A stretch of DNA of 64,000 bases, taken from Monocercomonoides exilis PA203 (Eukaryota; Protista; Preaxostyla). The position numbers and the translations under genes were made by a program. A model generated the notes under the pieces. That model worked only from the letters and a program-made list of their open reading frames with translations, made no database searches and was not told where the DNA came from. The number at the start of each line of letters is the position of its first letter. Positions within the stretch are counted from its first letter, which is position 1. The stretch is taken from positions 62,001 to 126,000 of the forward strand of contig LSRY02000011.1 in the NCBI GenBank assembly GCA_001643675.2. Direction: 5' to 3'. Below are positions 36,624 through 50,885 of the stretch, piece after piece.

Positions 36624-39252
36624 GATTTGAATATTTGCTCGTTAATTGCCTGATGCAATCACTGCAGATCTAACAATTTAGTGTCTTTTTAAAAGAATCA
36701 TTTTGTTTTCATTGACAGTTAAAATTATCACTTTTCTATTTAAATATTTTTTACAATTTCCCTTTCGTTTTCTTTTCTTTAATCAAACTATTGTTATTAT
36801 TCCTATTTGAATAGAGTTTGTCCCACAAGCAAAGCGACAACAGGAGTTGTGTTTGAACATGTTCCGATGGAGTTGTTTCTGAGTGAGCTGTGCAAATCAT
36901 TGCAGCAAGTGATGAAGTATTCTCCGAGAACAATTCCACAGGGAATGGGGCTGATGACAAAGGAAGAGATGGAAAGAGAGTTTGAGAGGAGGTATTTGAG
37001 AGGAGGAAGTTACGAGGAGGGAAGGAAAGAAGGAGATGATTTGAAGGCGATGAGGATTAAAGGAGAAGACATCATCCATCAGATCGTCACACGCATTCCT
37101 GAAGGGTTTGACTGAACATTTTATATTCGATTTTTGTTTTAAAAAAAAAGAGAGAGAAACAATTGTTAATTTTTTGAAGTGATTTTTTTCGTGCTATTTT
37201 TCTTTTTTTGAAAGTGTTATTATTATCATTTTCTATTCCTTTCATTTTGTTATTTCCCAAAATACTTTTTCGAATCATATGAATTGTTTCTTGGGTGTTC
37301 ATTTGGTTGCATTTGCAGTTCTGTTGTTGTGACAGACACAGGTGACATCAATTTCAGATTGGGGCGTCACAGACTGCCAGACAACACAACATTCATTTCT
37401 TGTCCGTTTTATAAGTCTATCGGATATGCTCTGCCTGCAGGTGTGTTTGATTTGCTTGTAAATTGAAATTAGAGAGAAAGAGAAGAGAAAGTGAAGAGTC
37501 TTTAAACAATACATTTACCAAAAAAAGGGTTAAATGATTGTTTTATTTATCTTATTTCCTTCTAACTAATATTTTAAATTATTTAACGAGATTGATGATA
37601 TCACTTATTTTTTGGTCAAATTAATTTCATATGAATATAAAAACAGGCATCGGAGCATCGTTTGCCAAGAAAGATGAGCCTTTGATGAATTCCATTGATT
37701 CCACAAGTGTCTCATCTGAATCTGTTCATTCATCAGACATGTCTTCAAATTCGAGTGTGTTTATTTTCACTGGCGATGGAGCCATTCAAATGACAATACA
37801 GGAAATATCAACGATGCTCAGACATTCTCTGCCAATTATGCTTGTTGTGTGGAACAACAAACAATACGTGCGCCATTCATATTTATCATTTGCTTTGATT
37901 AATCTTCTGATGCTTTTGAAATTTATTTCTACTCATTTTCTTTCTTTTCTTTTTATCCTGAAACATTAAATATTCTCATAATCGTTTCACAGGGCGTAGA
38001 AAAAGCTATCCATCGCAATGGAGTTCTGTACAACGATCTTCAACCATGGGACTTCTCTTTAGCTGCCAAATTCTTCCATCCAAATAAACATTCTTCTTCT
38101 GCTTCTGCTTCTTCTTCTTCTTCTCCAATGGTCACATCTCCAACAATGATGCCTCGTGATGCAGAAACGGAAGAGGAAAGAAAAAGAGTGCGAGGAAAGG
38201 AAGACATTGAAATGCTTCTTGGAATAAAAAGAGAATCAAAACTTGGTGAAAACATGGAAAAGCGAAGAGAGAAGGAAGGAGAGAAGGAAGGAGAGAAGGA
38301 AGGAGAGAAAGAAGGAGAGAAGGAAGGAAGAAATGCAAACTTGAAAGAAGGGAAAGGCAAAAGAATTCAAAAAGACGAAAGTTCTGAAGATGAAAGCGAT
38401 GAAAACTCAACATGGAAAATTGTCACAAGAGGCGATTGCGAAAAAATGGTTGAGAAATTATCTGGTTTGTGGAGATGTGAAATCAAATGTTTTATTTTTT
38501 GTTCAAAGTATCCTCTTTTAAATATGTTTTTATTTTTCTTTTGAACAATTATTTTGTGTGATTGATAATTATCATTATTTATTTTTAAATGTATTTTTTG
38601 AATGAAATGTGACAGATCCTTCGAATCAAAAGCGCTTTTCTATCACCAAGCCAGTTATTGTGGATGCTCATATTCTTCAGACTGACGTTGATCCATCTTT
38701 GGTTTGTTCTGTTGATTTGATGATAAAATGAAATATAACAAATTTTATTGAACAATTTTTAATTTTCTATTTTTTTTGAATCAGATTCCGTATGGCCATC
38801 ACTCTGCCCTTCGAAAAGCGCATTTGCAGCACAACATCCACAGACAGCAGCAGGAAGAGGTTGTGTTTGCGCATCGAGAGCGTTTGCTGAATGACATTCG
38901 GTGGAAGATGGCACACTGCACAGATGGCACAGACACTCTGAGAGAAGAAGAGAAAGTTGTGTGCTCAGCGGAGTTTGAGAGGCAGCTGCTGCAGGCGATG
39001 AAGAGAGAGATGGAGACAGACAGGGAAAAGGAAGAGGATGGGATCATCGAAAAGGAAGGGCTGGGGAAAGATGAAGTCGATGCTTCACTTCCTGAAGAAG
39101 AAGAAGAAGGAAAAGAAGGAATGGTGGATAAAGAAATGAAGATTTCACAAGCTTCAAATATTGCAAATGAAGTAAAATCTTCAAAGGGAAAGAGTGAACA
39201 TAATTATGAAGTGTCTGAGAATGAAGAAAATTTGGCTTCTGGAATTCTTTAA
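34329..39252 (+). CDS. pyruvate/indolepyruvate decarboxylase family ThDP enzyme (multi-exon, with low-complexity insertions)
   Basis: VFGVPGDF; CNE^LNASYMADGYA (intron 34473-34562); GVGSLSAING; LIHHT; SIGYALPA; ThDP motif GDGAIQMTIQEISTM..WNN; GVEKAIH..YNDLQPWD. Confidence 0.9.
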
Positions 39253-39802
39253 AAATTGATATTTGTCTATATTTTTTGTATGTTGTATAAATTTATGTAG
39301 TTAATTTTTTTAACGATATGATTATTTTTTAATGTTATCATCATTTTTAGAAAAAAGTTTTAAAACACTTTTTGATTAACATGTGCTCTAAATGGGTAAA
39401 ATTTTTATATATGCTGAAAAACATTTTTTTTTAAACACAATTATTTTGTTATGTTGGTGACTTCTTTTCTGCTTCGCCAATCCCTTCATAATCGAAAGAA
39501 AGAAAGAAAAGCAAAGAAGAAATGAAATCAATTCATGAAATCTCTGGGTTGTCACACTTATTATGATTTTTTCATTGAAAAAAACCAAAGCAATTGAAAT
39601 ATTATTGATTCGTTTGATCAAAACATCCATAACATTTTATGCATTTAATTGAGTTCGCAATGGATCGGTGATAATTAATGGAAAGAAAACTAACAAAAAT
39701 TGTTTGCAATTGAACGTATATATTTAATATTTGACTTGATTATTTATCGTACTTTCAACGTTCATTTCCTTTCTTTTTTCGATATTTCTGTCCTGATTAA
39801 TA

Positions 39803-42286
39803 TTGATAAAGGCATGGATTGCAGTTATTTCAATGCTTATTTCTGGCACAGCCACAATGACCCTCTCTAAAGTGATGTTTGAAACAGAAGCAAAAGGAAG
39901 GAATGGGATTTATGGAAAGTGGCAAAAGCCTTGCTTTCAAGTATTTGTCATGTTCATTGGAATGTTTCTTTGCTTTCCCATTTGGATTGTACAAGCATTG
40001 ATCCAGAGACGCAGAAATTTAACATTTAAAAAAAAGAAGAGCGATGATGTTGAGGCTCAATCGTCATCCGAGAATGCGTCACAGCATTCCAAACGTTCGA
40101 AATTAAAATTGTTTTTTGTCATTTCGATTCCAACGATTTTCGATCTACTCGCATCAATATTTTTGAATGCAAGTCTCGTCTTGATGAATGCTTCAATTAC
40201 TCAAATGCTACGAGGTAGTGTGATTGTGTTTTCGGCTTTATTATCTCGATGTTTTTATCGGAGGATACTTAGCAAAGGTCAATGGGCGGGAATAATAGGA
40301 TGTGTAATATCTCTTTTAATTGTTGGATCAGCCTCTGTACTTGCTTCTCTTGCTGATTCATCCCCAAAACAAAGCGAAGACAGTACAAACAAAACACACA
40401 AATCTCCTTGGCTGCAAGTTGTTGGTTGTCTGCTGTGCATATTTTCGCAATTTATCCAAGCGTCTCAAGTGGTTGCAGAAGAAGGGCTTTTGTCTTCGTT
40501 TTCTGCTGCACCTTTGCTTGTTGTTGGGGTTGAAGGGTTCTGGGGAATTATTCTTTGTTGCGCAGTGATATTGCCTCTTTGTCAGATCATCCCATTTCGG
40601 CAACCTGGAAGCGGGGGTCCGCTAAGGCCTGTTGAAGATTCGATTGATTCGCTTATTAAAATCAAAAACAGCAGGAAGCTTCAGATAATTGTTGTTGCCT
40701 ATCTCTTTGCCACTCTTTTGCTCAATTGGAGTGGGATGGTTGGTTTGTTGAAGCTGGTTTTAATGAGATTTATAAAAGAAAGAAAGAAAGAAAATGAAAA
40801 CTTGTGATGTATAAATGTTGATGATTTCTTTTTGCTTTTAATGTTATTTGACAACTTATTATTTATTAAGTGTTTCATTATATTGTAACTTTTTTATTTT
40901 ATGAATCTAATATTTCTTGCGACTTTAAATGTGTTTCTTTAGTGACATCTCAGCTGAGAGCAATTTATCGTACTGTTTTGGACAACTTACGTTCTGTTGT
41001 GATTTGGATTGTAAATTTATTTGTGTTCTATTTTATCAGCACATCATTTGGCGAAAAATGGACTCATTTTTCATTTCTGCAGTTGGTTTGTCATTTTTGA
41101 ATTGTTTATAATAGAGCATTAATTGCAACTCATTTTCTCTTCTTTTTCTCTTGCATTTTTAAATATTTTTTTGATTTGCTTCTTTCAATATTCAATTTAT
41201 CAGTTTGGCTTCATATCTCTTGTAGTGTCTCTGTTTATCTACAACGGAGTGATTCATTTGCCACACCGCAATTCGTCGCATCGTTTGAGCCCAACTTCAT
41301 CTGAGTCTTCGAGAGAACATGTTGCTGACAGTCAAGATTTGACAACAGCAAATTCTGATCATATGACAAAAAAGAAAAAGGAGAAAGAAGAAGATGATGA
41401 TGAACAGATTATGAACAAAGTGCATCACACAACAGGAAGCGGAATTTCAACAAGCCGAAGAATGCGCCCGGACTTGGAGCATTCGTCTGAGTTTCCTCAC
41501 GTTTCCAGTTATGAAGAGATGCATCACATTGCATCTTCGCCTTCAGTTGAGAAATATCCTCATTCAGAATCTGACATTGGATCAGGCATTTGCGATGGAG
41601 TAGATCGGCTCTCTTGTCGTATGCCTTTTGATTATGAAGAGACAGAAAAGGAGAAAAAAGAGCAAGGAAACACAGTTGGTGAGCCTTGCAATAACAGAAA
41701 TGGCAAAAGCAATAACAGCATCATTCACAATGGAAATGATGAAGAGGATGAAAGTGAATTGTCTACCATTGAAACAGAATCCAACAGAACAAACACGATC
41801 GACTCTTCAAATCAATCTGAAGAGCTACCTCAGATCAGCACAGGCAACACTTCAAACATTCTTCCCACTTCTTTCTGTGCCAACATCACATCTGCATCCA
41901 CAACACCTTCAGCCCCAATGCTGACTCGCTCTTGCCCTGCAACAGAGCCTGGCTCTTCTTCGCCTTCTTCTCCTTCTCCTCCCTTCTGTGCCAATCACTG
42001 TGCTTCAGCCACACCTTCTCTCTCAATTGTTGCAAGCAGCCAGTCTCTTTCGACAGCAGGCGTAGTTGCCTCTGCAGTCAGCGCAGAAGGAAAAAGAAGG
42101 GCAAAGAGCTTATCAGATCTCAATGGACGAGAAGAAATTGAAAGTGAGCCATATGTCAAATCAAATTGCAAAGTGAATCATTATACCAAGAATCATTTTG
42201 GTGGAAAGGGAAATGAAAACGATTCATCTACTCATGAATCTATTTCTTTACCATTATTCAAATCTGTTTCATCACCATCTCCTTGA
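39803..42286 (+). CDS. SLC35F6-like (EamA/DMT superfamily) transporter with long low-complexity C-tail
   Basis: About 10 hydrophobic helices; FQVFVMFIGM, ASITQMLRGSVIVFS, QASQVVAEE, VGVEGFWG and RTVLDNLRSVVIW. The true start may be in a short upstream exon (~39660). Confidence 0.85.
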
Positions 42287-42949
42287 CAGAAGATGAGTTG
42301 CTACTTGCTTTTTTTAGAATAATTTTTGTTATAGTTTCTGTGTTAATTGTAATTTAGTTTGCTTGAATAATTTTTCATTATCGTTTTTTGATGAAAATTT
42401 TTTGCCATAACAATATTTTATTCCAATGCACTTTCAAACATCTCGAGTTTCCGAGTCTCTCGAGATGTTTCCAACATTGTTTTATGTTGATGGTTTTTTA
42501 CTGTCAACATGGGACAATATACTTGGGCCAAAAGTCATCAAAGTGTGAACATTATTCAATAATTTGAAATTAAGAATTAATAATTTTATTGAAAATTAAA
42601 ACGAAAGTTGTGGGGATCTGTTTCGCGCTTTTCAACTGACGAGCTCGGATACATTGGGAGAAATGTATTAGATTCAGAATTTTGCAAGCCCTCAATGGGG
42701 AACAACATTGAATCAAAAATTTCATTTCTTCATGAGCCTCGTATGTGTCTTTTTTTCAACTTTTAAAAATGAACAATTGTCAATTTTTATTTCACTTAAT
42801 TTTATTTTAGCATTGTTATTAATAAGCTCTTTGTTTGCAGCCAGCCAACAAAAAAGAGAATCACGCTTTTCTTTCACGCTTGTTGTTAAAAGGTTGCAAT
42901 TTAAAAATTAACAATTTGTTGATTGAAGAATTCGTTTTGCTTAACCTTT

Positions 42950-45900
42950 TCAGAAAATATCATTCCAGATATAGTAAAATTGCAACAATTATTGAAGAGA
43001 GGATGAGTGTTCTTGCAATTCGATTGAAGAATCTCTTGGAAACAGTTCCAGATTGTATAAATCATTTTGGAAAACTGCTAAAGAAGAAAGCTTTAGAAAT
43101 AGAAGCCTTGTTTATGGCAGGGGTTAAGCCTCCCATTGTTGAGTTTGATGAATTTTAATATTTTTGATTCGTTTTATTGGGTTTAATAAAAGGGAAACAT
43201 ATCTATATGCTGGAGATTTCGAAACAAACAGCGCTTGGATGAAATTTTTGCTGTTGTATGAATTATTTTTATGACTTGAAAGATTTTATATAATTTATTC
43301 AATTTCTGTTTCTGACTTTTTTTAAAACGAAGATGTTTAACGTCTCATCTTCAAACTTCAGGAAATACGGTTGTTGTTGGTGAAGATATTTCTGCTGTGA
43401 ACAAGGTAAAAAATTAACTTTATTCTTTCTTTCTTTCTTTCTTTCTTTCTTCTCAAACTTTTTATTTAATTTTTGCTTCCGAAGTAAATCTTGTAGCGCT
43501 TCTTTTTCAATATTGCTCATTCAATTTTCAACTTTTTTTTTGTTTTTCTTTCTTACAACGAAAACCTTTTCAGATGATCAGCACTCTCTTGCTGTTCTCT
43601 CCGTGTTCTTCCTGTCTTGTCTCTCGTCATGCTCTTCCACTCTGCGATCCATCAGTCACTCGCACAGGAAAATACTCTTTCCGCTTGCCTGACTCTTCAT
43701 CAGATTTTCCTTCTTCCTCCTCCTCTTCTTCTTCTACAGCAACTAATGTATCTTCGACTGTCACCTCACCTTCCACATTCTCATTCACCTCTGTGTCACA
43801 CACACCCCCTCCACTTTTTCCTTCTGCCTCAAATTCTCTCTCACATTCTGCTTCCACAGCAACACTCAAGCCATCTGCTCTGTTTTCGTATCTTCCGCAG
43901 CGCCTGTCAAAACCATCGACTCCATCTGCCACTCGCGAAATGATCTCTCCAAATCATTCAATTGCCTTTAATGTTTCATCTTCGTCTTCTTCCTCACGTT
44001 CCCCAATGAACAACACATATTCTTCAACTACTTCTTTGCCACCTGTCAAATTGTGCGATTTTTTGTCTTCTTCTTCATCTGCTTCTTTGTCTTCAACGCA
44101 CACTGAACCACTTTCACTCTCACTTCATTCATTCTCATCGGAGTCATCAACATCTTCTTCTTCTTCTTCTTCTTTTACCTCTTCTCCACTTCAAACAGAT
44201 GAATGTCCACATCAAATACCTCCTTCTTCTGTTTCTATTCCCTCTCACTTAGACACTTCAAAAGCTTCATCGCCTCAAAACATTTCACTCACAGAAACAC
44301 AATCATTTCACATTAATTCAAATTATTCTTCTCCTCTTCCTTCTTCTTCTTCTTCGTTGTCTGTCACCCTTCCTCAAACATCTTCAAATTTTCCTGTGCA
44401 AATTCCCTCGCCCCTCTCAAGTGATTATTCTGTTCACCAAGAAACGTCATTCTTCAATGAAATACCAATGCAAGTTGATGCTGATGACGAGAAAGATAAA
44501 GATGAATACAAACACAAAGAAGAAAGAAAAGAGGATGAAAAAGCATTTGCGAAAGAAAACTTGGATGGAGACGAAGAAAGTGAAAGAGAAAGAGAAGGGA
44601 AAAGTGATGCTGATGATAATAAGGAAATGAAAATTGAAGGGGACTTAGAAAACGAACAAAAAATGACTGAAAAAGAAAAAGAGAAGAATCAAAATGATGA
44701 TAGTGATGATGATGACAGCGGTGAAGACGAAGATGAAAGTGTTTCGATTGCTTCGTCTGACAGTGGCTCAACATCATCCAGTTTATCCAGCAATTCGAGC
44801 TCTTCTTATGACTCTTCTTCTTCTTCTTCTTCAGCAACTGAACACTCAAGAAATGAAAGCGATGAAAGTGATGATGACGACGACGATGAAAATGAGGTGA
44901 CTTTTTCATTGTATGATCACATTGCTGAAACAGCTGCGATGACAAGTTCAAAAAAGAGAAAAGAAAAAGAGCAAGAAAAAAATAGAGTCGAAGAAAAGAA
45001 ATCGACGAAGAATGACAAAACGAACCAGAAAGACAGCATTTTGAAAGAAGATGCAGCAAAAAGAGCATCCGATTCATCAAAAGAATCACCAACTCCGTCG
45101 TCATCGTCGGCATCAGCTGCAACAAACACTCTTTTCAGTTCTGTCCAGACTCCATTGAATTCAACAACAAACACTCCAAAACAGCGCCAAAGCCGTTCGC
45201 ATTCCTTTTTGAGTGCTTTGAGAACTGGAAGAATACACTTGGAAGGGAAAGTGGTTGAAAGAGAAAGAGGAAACGAAGAAATGAAGGAAGATGGTTCTTT
45301 CAAAAGAAGAGGAAGCGAAAGAGAAAGAGAAATCATGAAAGGCATCGGACTTTTTGATCATGATAATTCAGTTGCCTCTGCAACTGGAATGGATTCGCCG
45401 TCTTCTTTTGCGGAATCTGATGCTCAACTCTCGATAACTTCTCCATATTTCACTACTTCATCATCCTCAACATCGTCTTCTTCTTCATTTTCTTCTTCTT
45501 CTCATTCATTCGGTCAAACACATTCTGTTTTGTCAAATTGGTCACCAAAAAAGATCCCTTCACTCGGCTTCTGGTACAAATCTCCATTAACGAGTCAATT
45601 GGAACACAAACAGATTGAAAAGGAGAGAAAAGAAAAAGAAGAGGCAGATGAAGAAGGAAAAGCAGATGCAGAAAGAAAACATTTGAATGAAGTTGGAGGA
45701 GGTTTTTCAAACAACATAAGCTCATCCAAAAACACACCAAAACTCAGTTTTTTGTCGCCCAGAATTACTTTTCAGCCTGGTTTGTGTTATTCTTCGAGAA
45801 TGTCTCCAACGCTATCTCCTACTCCAATCACGCCTTCTGTTTCATCTTCTTCTTCTCTTTCTCCTCCTCTTCTGTCACACAGCAAGAGTCGTGAACACCA

Positions 45901-48882
45901 TAGGACAAATACACCATCAACTCCGTTGCTTTCAAATTCTTCTTCTTTTCCTCCTCCTCTTTCTTCTTCATTGTTGTCTTCTAATAATTCTTCGAATTGT
46001 TCCTTGTGTTCTTTGACGCATTCGACAACAACTTCGTCAATTTCATCAATTTCTTCCTCTCCTTCTTCCTCTCCTTCGTCTCTCCAAATGTCAAGTGAAG
46101 AAATGCAAAATGCAAACATTAAAAATGAAATGGATGAAAGAGAAGTTTTTAATCCCCCAAAAAAGAAGAAGAAGAAGAAGAAGAAGAAAGGAAACTTGAA
46201 TGTCAAAACGGAAACTGAAAGGAAAGAAAAGAATGATGTTTTATTGGCAGGTTTGTCAGATAATCAAAAGATGAAAAGTGAATCTGGAAAAGAAAAGGAT
46301 AAATCGGACAAAGAAAAACTGTTAAAAGAGGAGAAGGAAGAAGAAGAAGATTCAGCAGACAGCAATTTAGACTTGTATTTCAATGAAACAGAATGCGATG
46401 TTGTCAGCGTGGATGAATTGAGAAGAAGAAAAGTTGGATTTTTTGAGGGAATTGATTCTGTTGATGTTGAACGAATGTTGAATAAGAAAGAGAGTGAAAA
46501 TAATTCCACTATTTTATCTGATTATTGTTCTGACAGTGCTTCTTCTTCTTCTTCTTCTTCTTCTTCTTCTTCGCATTCTTCTTCGTCTTCATGTTCATTC
46601 CCTTCTCTCAATCGACGTCGCACTCAAATGTCATTTTTATCACAAAAACTTACACAAAAAGATCCGAAAACAAGAAAATCAAGTAATTCAAATATTTTGA
46701 ATCATGATCCAAGCTTCAAAGCCCAAACACATAATGCATTGAACGAACAACCTTCTGATTGTTCAAAGCAAATTTTATCTGATATTTCTTCTTCTTCTTC
46801 TTCTTCGTCTTCTTCAATTTTTTCTATTCTTTCTCCTCTTTTTTCAGACGCTCGCTTTCTTCAACTCAGTCAAACAGAAAGAAATTTGTTGGTTTCTGTT
46901 TGTAAGCACTTGTTTAATGTGACAAACGAATTAATTGAGCAAAAGAGTGAAAAACGAGAAAAATACAAAAGAATGATTGAGGTGGCACTGAACGAATATG
47001 AAGAAGATAGGAAATGGATGGAGGAAAGAAGAGAAGAGAAGAAAGGGGAAAATGACTCTGAAAAAGAAAAAGGAAGCATTAACAATAATGTGGAAGGAAA
47101 TGAAGAAGAAAAGCAAATAATGGAAGAAAAAGTGCGCGTTGAAGTGGAAGGGAGCATTGATACATCAAACAGCTCAAAACCGCCAACTTCAGCTGGGGCA
47201 GGCACAGAAGATGTTGATGAGTTTGGCATTAAACAAAGTTTTTCTTCTCCATCAACTTCTTCTTCAATGTTGTCCCATCCATTGCAAAGCGATTTGTTTG
47301 ACTTGCAAAAGAGACAAATGCGACTGATACTTCGAATTGTGGAGAGAGAAAAAGAGGAATCTGCAAAAATTCACGACATTTCTCCGATGTGCATCCACTC
47401 TTGTTCTATGGATATTTGTGTGTTGGCTGAGTATGTTCCAGGCCTTGCTGTACAAGGAGTGCATTCGGTATGAGATCAGTGAGATGGAGAAATGGCTATT
47501 GTCGTATTATTAATGAAAGTTCTTGAACTAATTTCATATTCTTGAAAAACGGATATTATAATTTTGATTGTTTCACCTGTACTTTTATCTTTTTTGATGA
47601 ATTTTTATTTTTATATTTATTTCTCTTCGTTTCCGTTTTATTCAATCAACTTCAGAGGATATCTCCATCATCTCAACAGCTTCTTCGCCATTCTCAGCCT
47701 TCCACAATCATCAACATGGACACTCTAACAGTTCTCCAGCATGCATCCGACTTCAAGTTTTATTCATCCCGCTCGCGTTACTTGCACTACAAGCTTAGCA
47801 GAGACACCGAAAAGGGGAATGGTGGAAGCAGCAGAAGTTCGGTGAGGCATCCTCAGCTCCATCACCCACAGTCAGTGAACACAATGGCACCTATTTTGGA
47901 AGAGATCGTGTTGAATGCAATTGGCATCCCACACCCTAGAGTGAGAGAACAAGCGATTAGACAGCAGATGCTTATGCTGCAGGAAAAAGCAGTCACAACT
48001 GCACTTTTGATTCAGTGGCTTTCGCAACAGCTGGAAAAGGAAGAAGGGAAAAAGAGAATGAATAAAAAGGAGAAAGAAAGTGAAAGTGTTAGAAATAAAG
48101 ATAAAGGAAATGATAAAGACAATAAGAAAAAATGGAATGATAAAAATGGTTCTCATGATGAAAAATCAGATAGTAGCTCAAAAAGCAGTGAATCCAGTTG
48201 CGAAGAAGAGGATGATGAATTTGTGAATGAAAAAACTTCTCGTGACGAAAGAAAAAGAAAAAGAGGTAGAGATAGAGATAAATACAAAACAAGAAGGGAA
48301 CATGTTGGCAGCGATGAAAATGATTATAGCACAAGCAGTAGCTCTGAAGAAGACGAAGAAGAGGAAGAGTTTATGCGCAATCGCATTGCAGACAGTACTG
48401 AAAGCGAAGATAGCAACTCCACACACACAGCAAATTCCCGCAAAAGTTATCTGCAACGAAAAACTCCTCAGCTTCCACAAGCAACACCATTACTGAAAAG
48501 GACATTTTCTAAATCTTCAACATCTGCAATTGCTCCATTTTCACCTTCAATTCAACCGTTTGGCTCATCTTCTTCCTCTTCTTTTGGAGTAAACTTTCCT
48601 TCACCTTCACCAACGCCCACTTTGCCTCAGTCTTCCACTGACATGAATGCAATGAATCAATCAACAATATCATCATCATCTGGCAATGAACAAAAATCAC
48701 TATCGAGTTTTTTCAAGCAGGCAGTGCAAATGGCTCATCATAAGCTGAATGTCACACTTGAAGACGTCAAGCTGCTTCTTTCTGTAGCTAACTGGTATTT
48801 TCCCGATTTTACAAGGAAGATTGAATTGAACGAAGACGATTATGGGCTTATCAATTTGTTTGACCGTTTGACAAATTTTTAG
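42950..48882 (+). CDS. large hypothetical Ser/Glu-rich protein (multi-exon)
   Basis: 1299 aa and 446 aa open exons separated by a GT..AG intron (~47468-47655), plus short upstream exons. No domain recognised and the 5' end is uncertain. Confidence 0.7.
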
Positions 48883-49846
48883 GAAATAAGAATTTTACAT
48901 TTTTTATCATGAGAGAATTGAACATTTATTTTTTTGGAATAATGTTTTATCTGTCTATTTTAAATATAAGCAAACTGGTATATTTAAATGTTAACTTTTT
49001 ATATGATTGAAATTTGAGTTGTTTGAAATTCATTTTCAAATACTTTTTATTGCTGTTTTTATTTTTAATTGTTAAATTGTTTTGTTTTTAGCTTTATAAA
49101 TGGAATATGTTGGATAATTCTTTTTGAAATCATGCTTTAGTTCCAGTTTTGATCAAACTTATAATCACAATTGGATTTTTGATAAAATGAGCAACAACAG
49201 TTAATGCATACAACTTTTGACGATGGATAAAAGGATATTAATTTCTTCGAAATTCATATTTGGATTAAAGTTTTTGATCAAAACTCGAACAAAATTCAGT
49301 TTTTAAAAACCATTGGACTTAAAAAAATCAATATTTTGTTATATAATTCAATTTCTTAAATACAATAACGATGCATTAAAAATTTTTATAAAACGATAAA
49401 AAATGTTATTTTTTTTAATTGTTTTTCTAAACCTATGAAATAACGGGAATTTGAACAGAAATTCTATAAAAACATACAATATTTATTTGCATCCGAAATT
49501 TTTATATATGTCATTTTTCAGGAAATAATAATTCTAATATTTCGAAACAGTTTTTTGTGATGCAATCATTTTCAAAAAGTTATTTACACAAAATAAAATG
49601 TCATTTACACGACGCAATTTTCAGAGATCCTTCACAGAAAATATTGCTGATTAATATAATTGTTGTAACTTATATATTTTGTTTGAAGTTCAATCACCTC
49701 AATGCATTTTTATCAATTCTCAGATAAACTCTGCTAGGAATAATTTTTTTGTTTTGTATAGATAATTCAATTTGCTTATTTTTGTGAATATCCATATTCA
49801 AAAACTTTTTAAAAAGGCATCTTCAATGGAGAACAAGAAAAATATG

Positions 49847-50702
49847 GGGTGATTATTATTGAAATAAAAAACAAATACTAAGTGCAGATAGAAACGAAAA
49901 TTAATAGTTTCGGACAAAGAAAAAATATGTTGAAATGTTTTATACAAAATAATATTCAACTAATCTTTGTTAAAGAATAATGAATAACAACTTTCTTTTC
50001 AATTGTGTCATACTTTTTTAATTCAACTTTTTTTCATAAAAATTAGGCATTTCATCAGAATTTTTTTTGGCAGAAAAATATTTCATGTGTTATAATTTTG
50101 CAACATATGGGTGATTATTTTTGAAATCATAACTTTTTTCGGTGTGTCATATTTTCATTTTCATTTGTCGTTGGGAAGAGATTTTGTATTCTATTTGAGA
50201 ATTTTATAACAACTGTTTTAAAAACAAATGTTAAAGCAGAAATAAAAATCATGATAATGTTTTTCTGGCCTTTTCTCTTTTAAGTGTTCTTTTATTTATA
50301 TAAAGGAGAAATATATAAACCGAAAATTTAATTAGAAATAATATAACATCATAAATAATCACCTATATGTCTTTATTTTTTTGAAAAGTTCCATTTCTTT
50401 AATTATCTAAAAAAAATAAAAATTTCATTTTTCAATCAAATTTCTGTTCCCACTCACCAAATTTTTTTGTCAAGAAAATAAAATCTTGATAATGTGATTA
50501 ATTCCATTTAGTTGAAGTTTTGTGAATGGGAACAAAAATTGATTGAAAAATGAAATTAATATTTTATTTGAAAATTAAACAAAAGGAACTTTTCAAAAAA
50601 ATTTTGACAGTTCTATTTGATAAACAATATTTGAACCTTTGATCAAAAAACTGTTTGAAAATCAACACCATAAAAAAAATATGATTTCAAAAACAATCAC
50701 CC
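49847..50702. mobile_element. cluster of GGGTGATT-ended MITE-like elements
   Basis: GGGTGATTATT at 49847 and 50109, inverted AATCACC(C) ends at 50363 and 50702. The 50109 and 50702 ends pair over ~35 bp. Confidence 0.65.
50368..50609. mobile_element. 242 bp MITE, same family as 13271-13698
   Basis: TTTTTTTGAAAAGTTCC / GGAACTTTTCAAAAAAA inverted ends, with internal similarity to the 13.3 kb units. Confidence 0.8.
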
Positions 50703-50885
50703 ACCTGAAATAGAATCACACATATATATAATGAATGATGTAATTTTGTTTGTTATTTAATGTCACATGTTCTGTAATACACACTTTATAAACGTTTTAC
50801 TGTTCGATTAGAAAAGAAAAATATTTTTGATAGTCTTCAATCTCAAAAAATACATCAGAAGAACAAATTATTTATAGTATGGTGT

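Noticed and set aside
42500-43400. XPG/PIN-like nuclease N-terminus for the large hypothetical gene
   Set aside because: Only a faint GVKP..EFD resemblance; the exon structure and catalytic residues could not be established.
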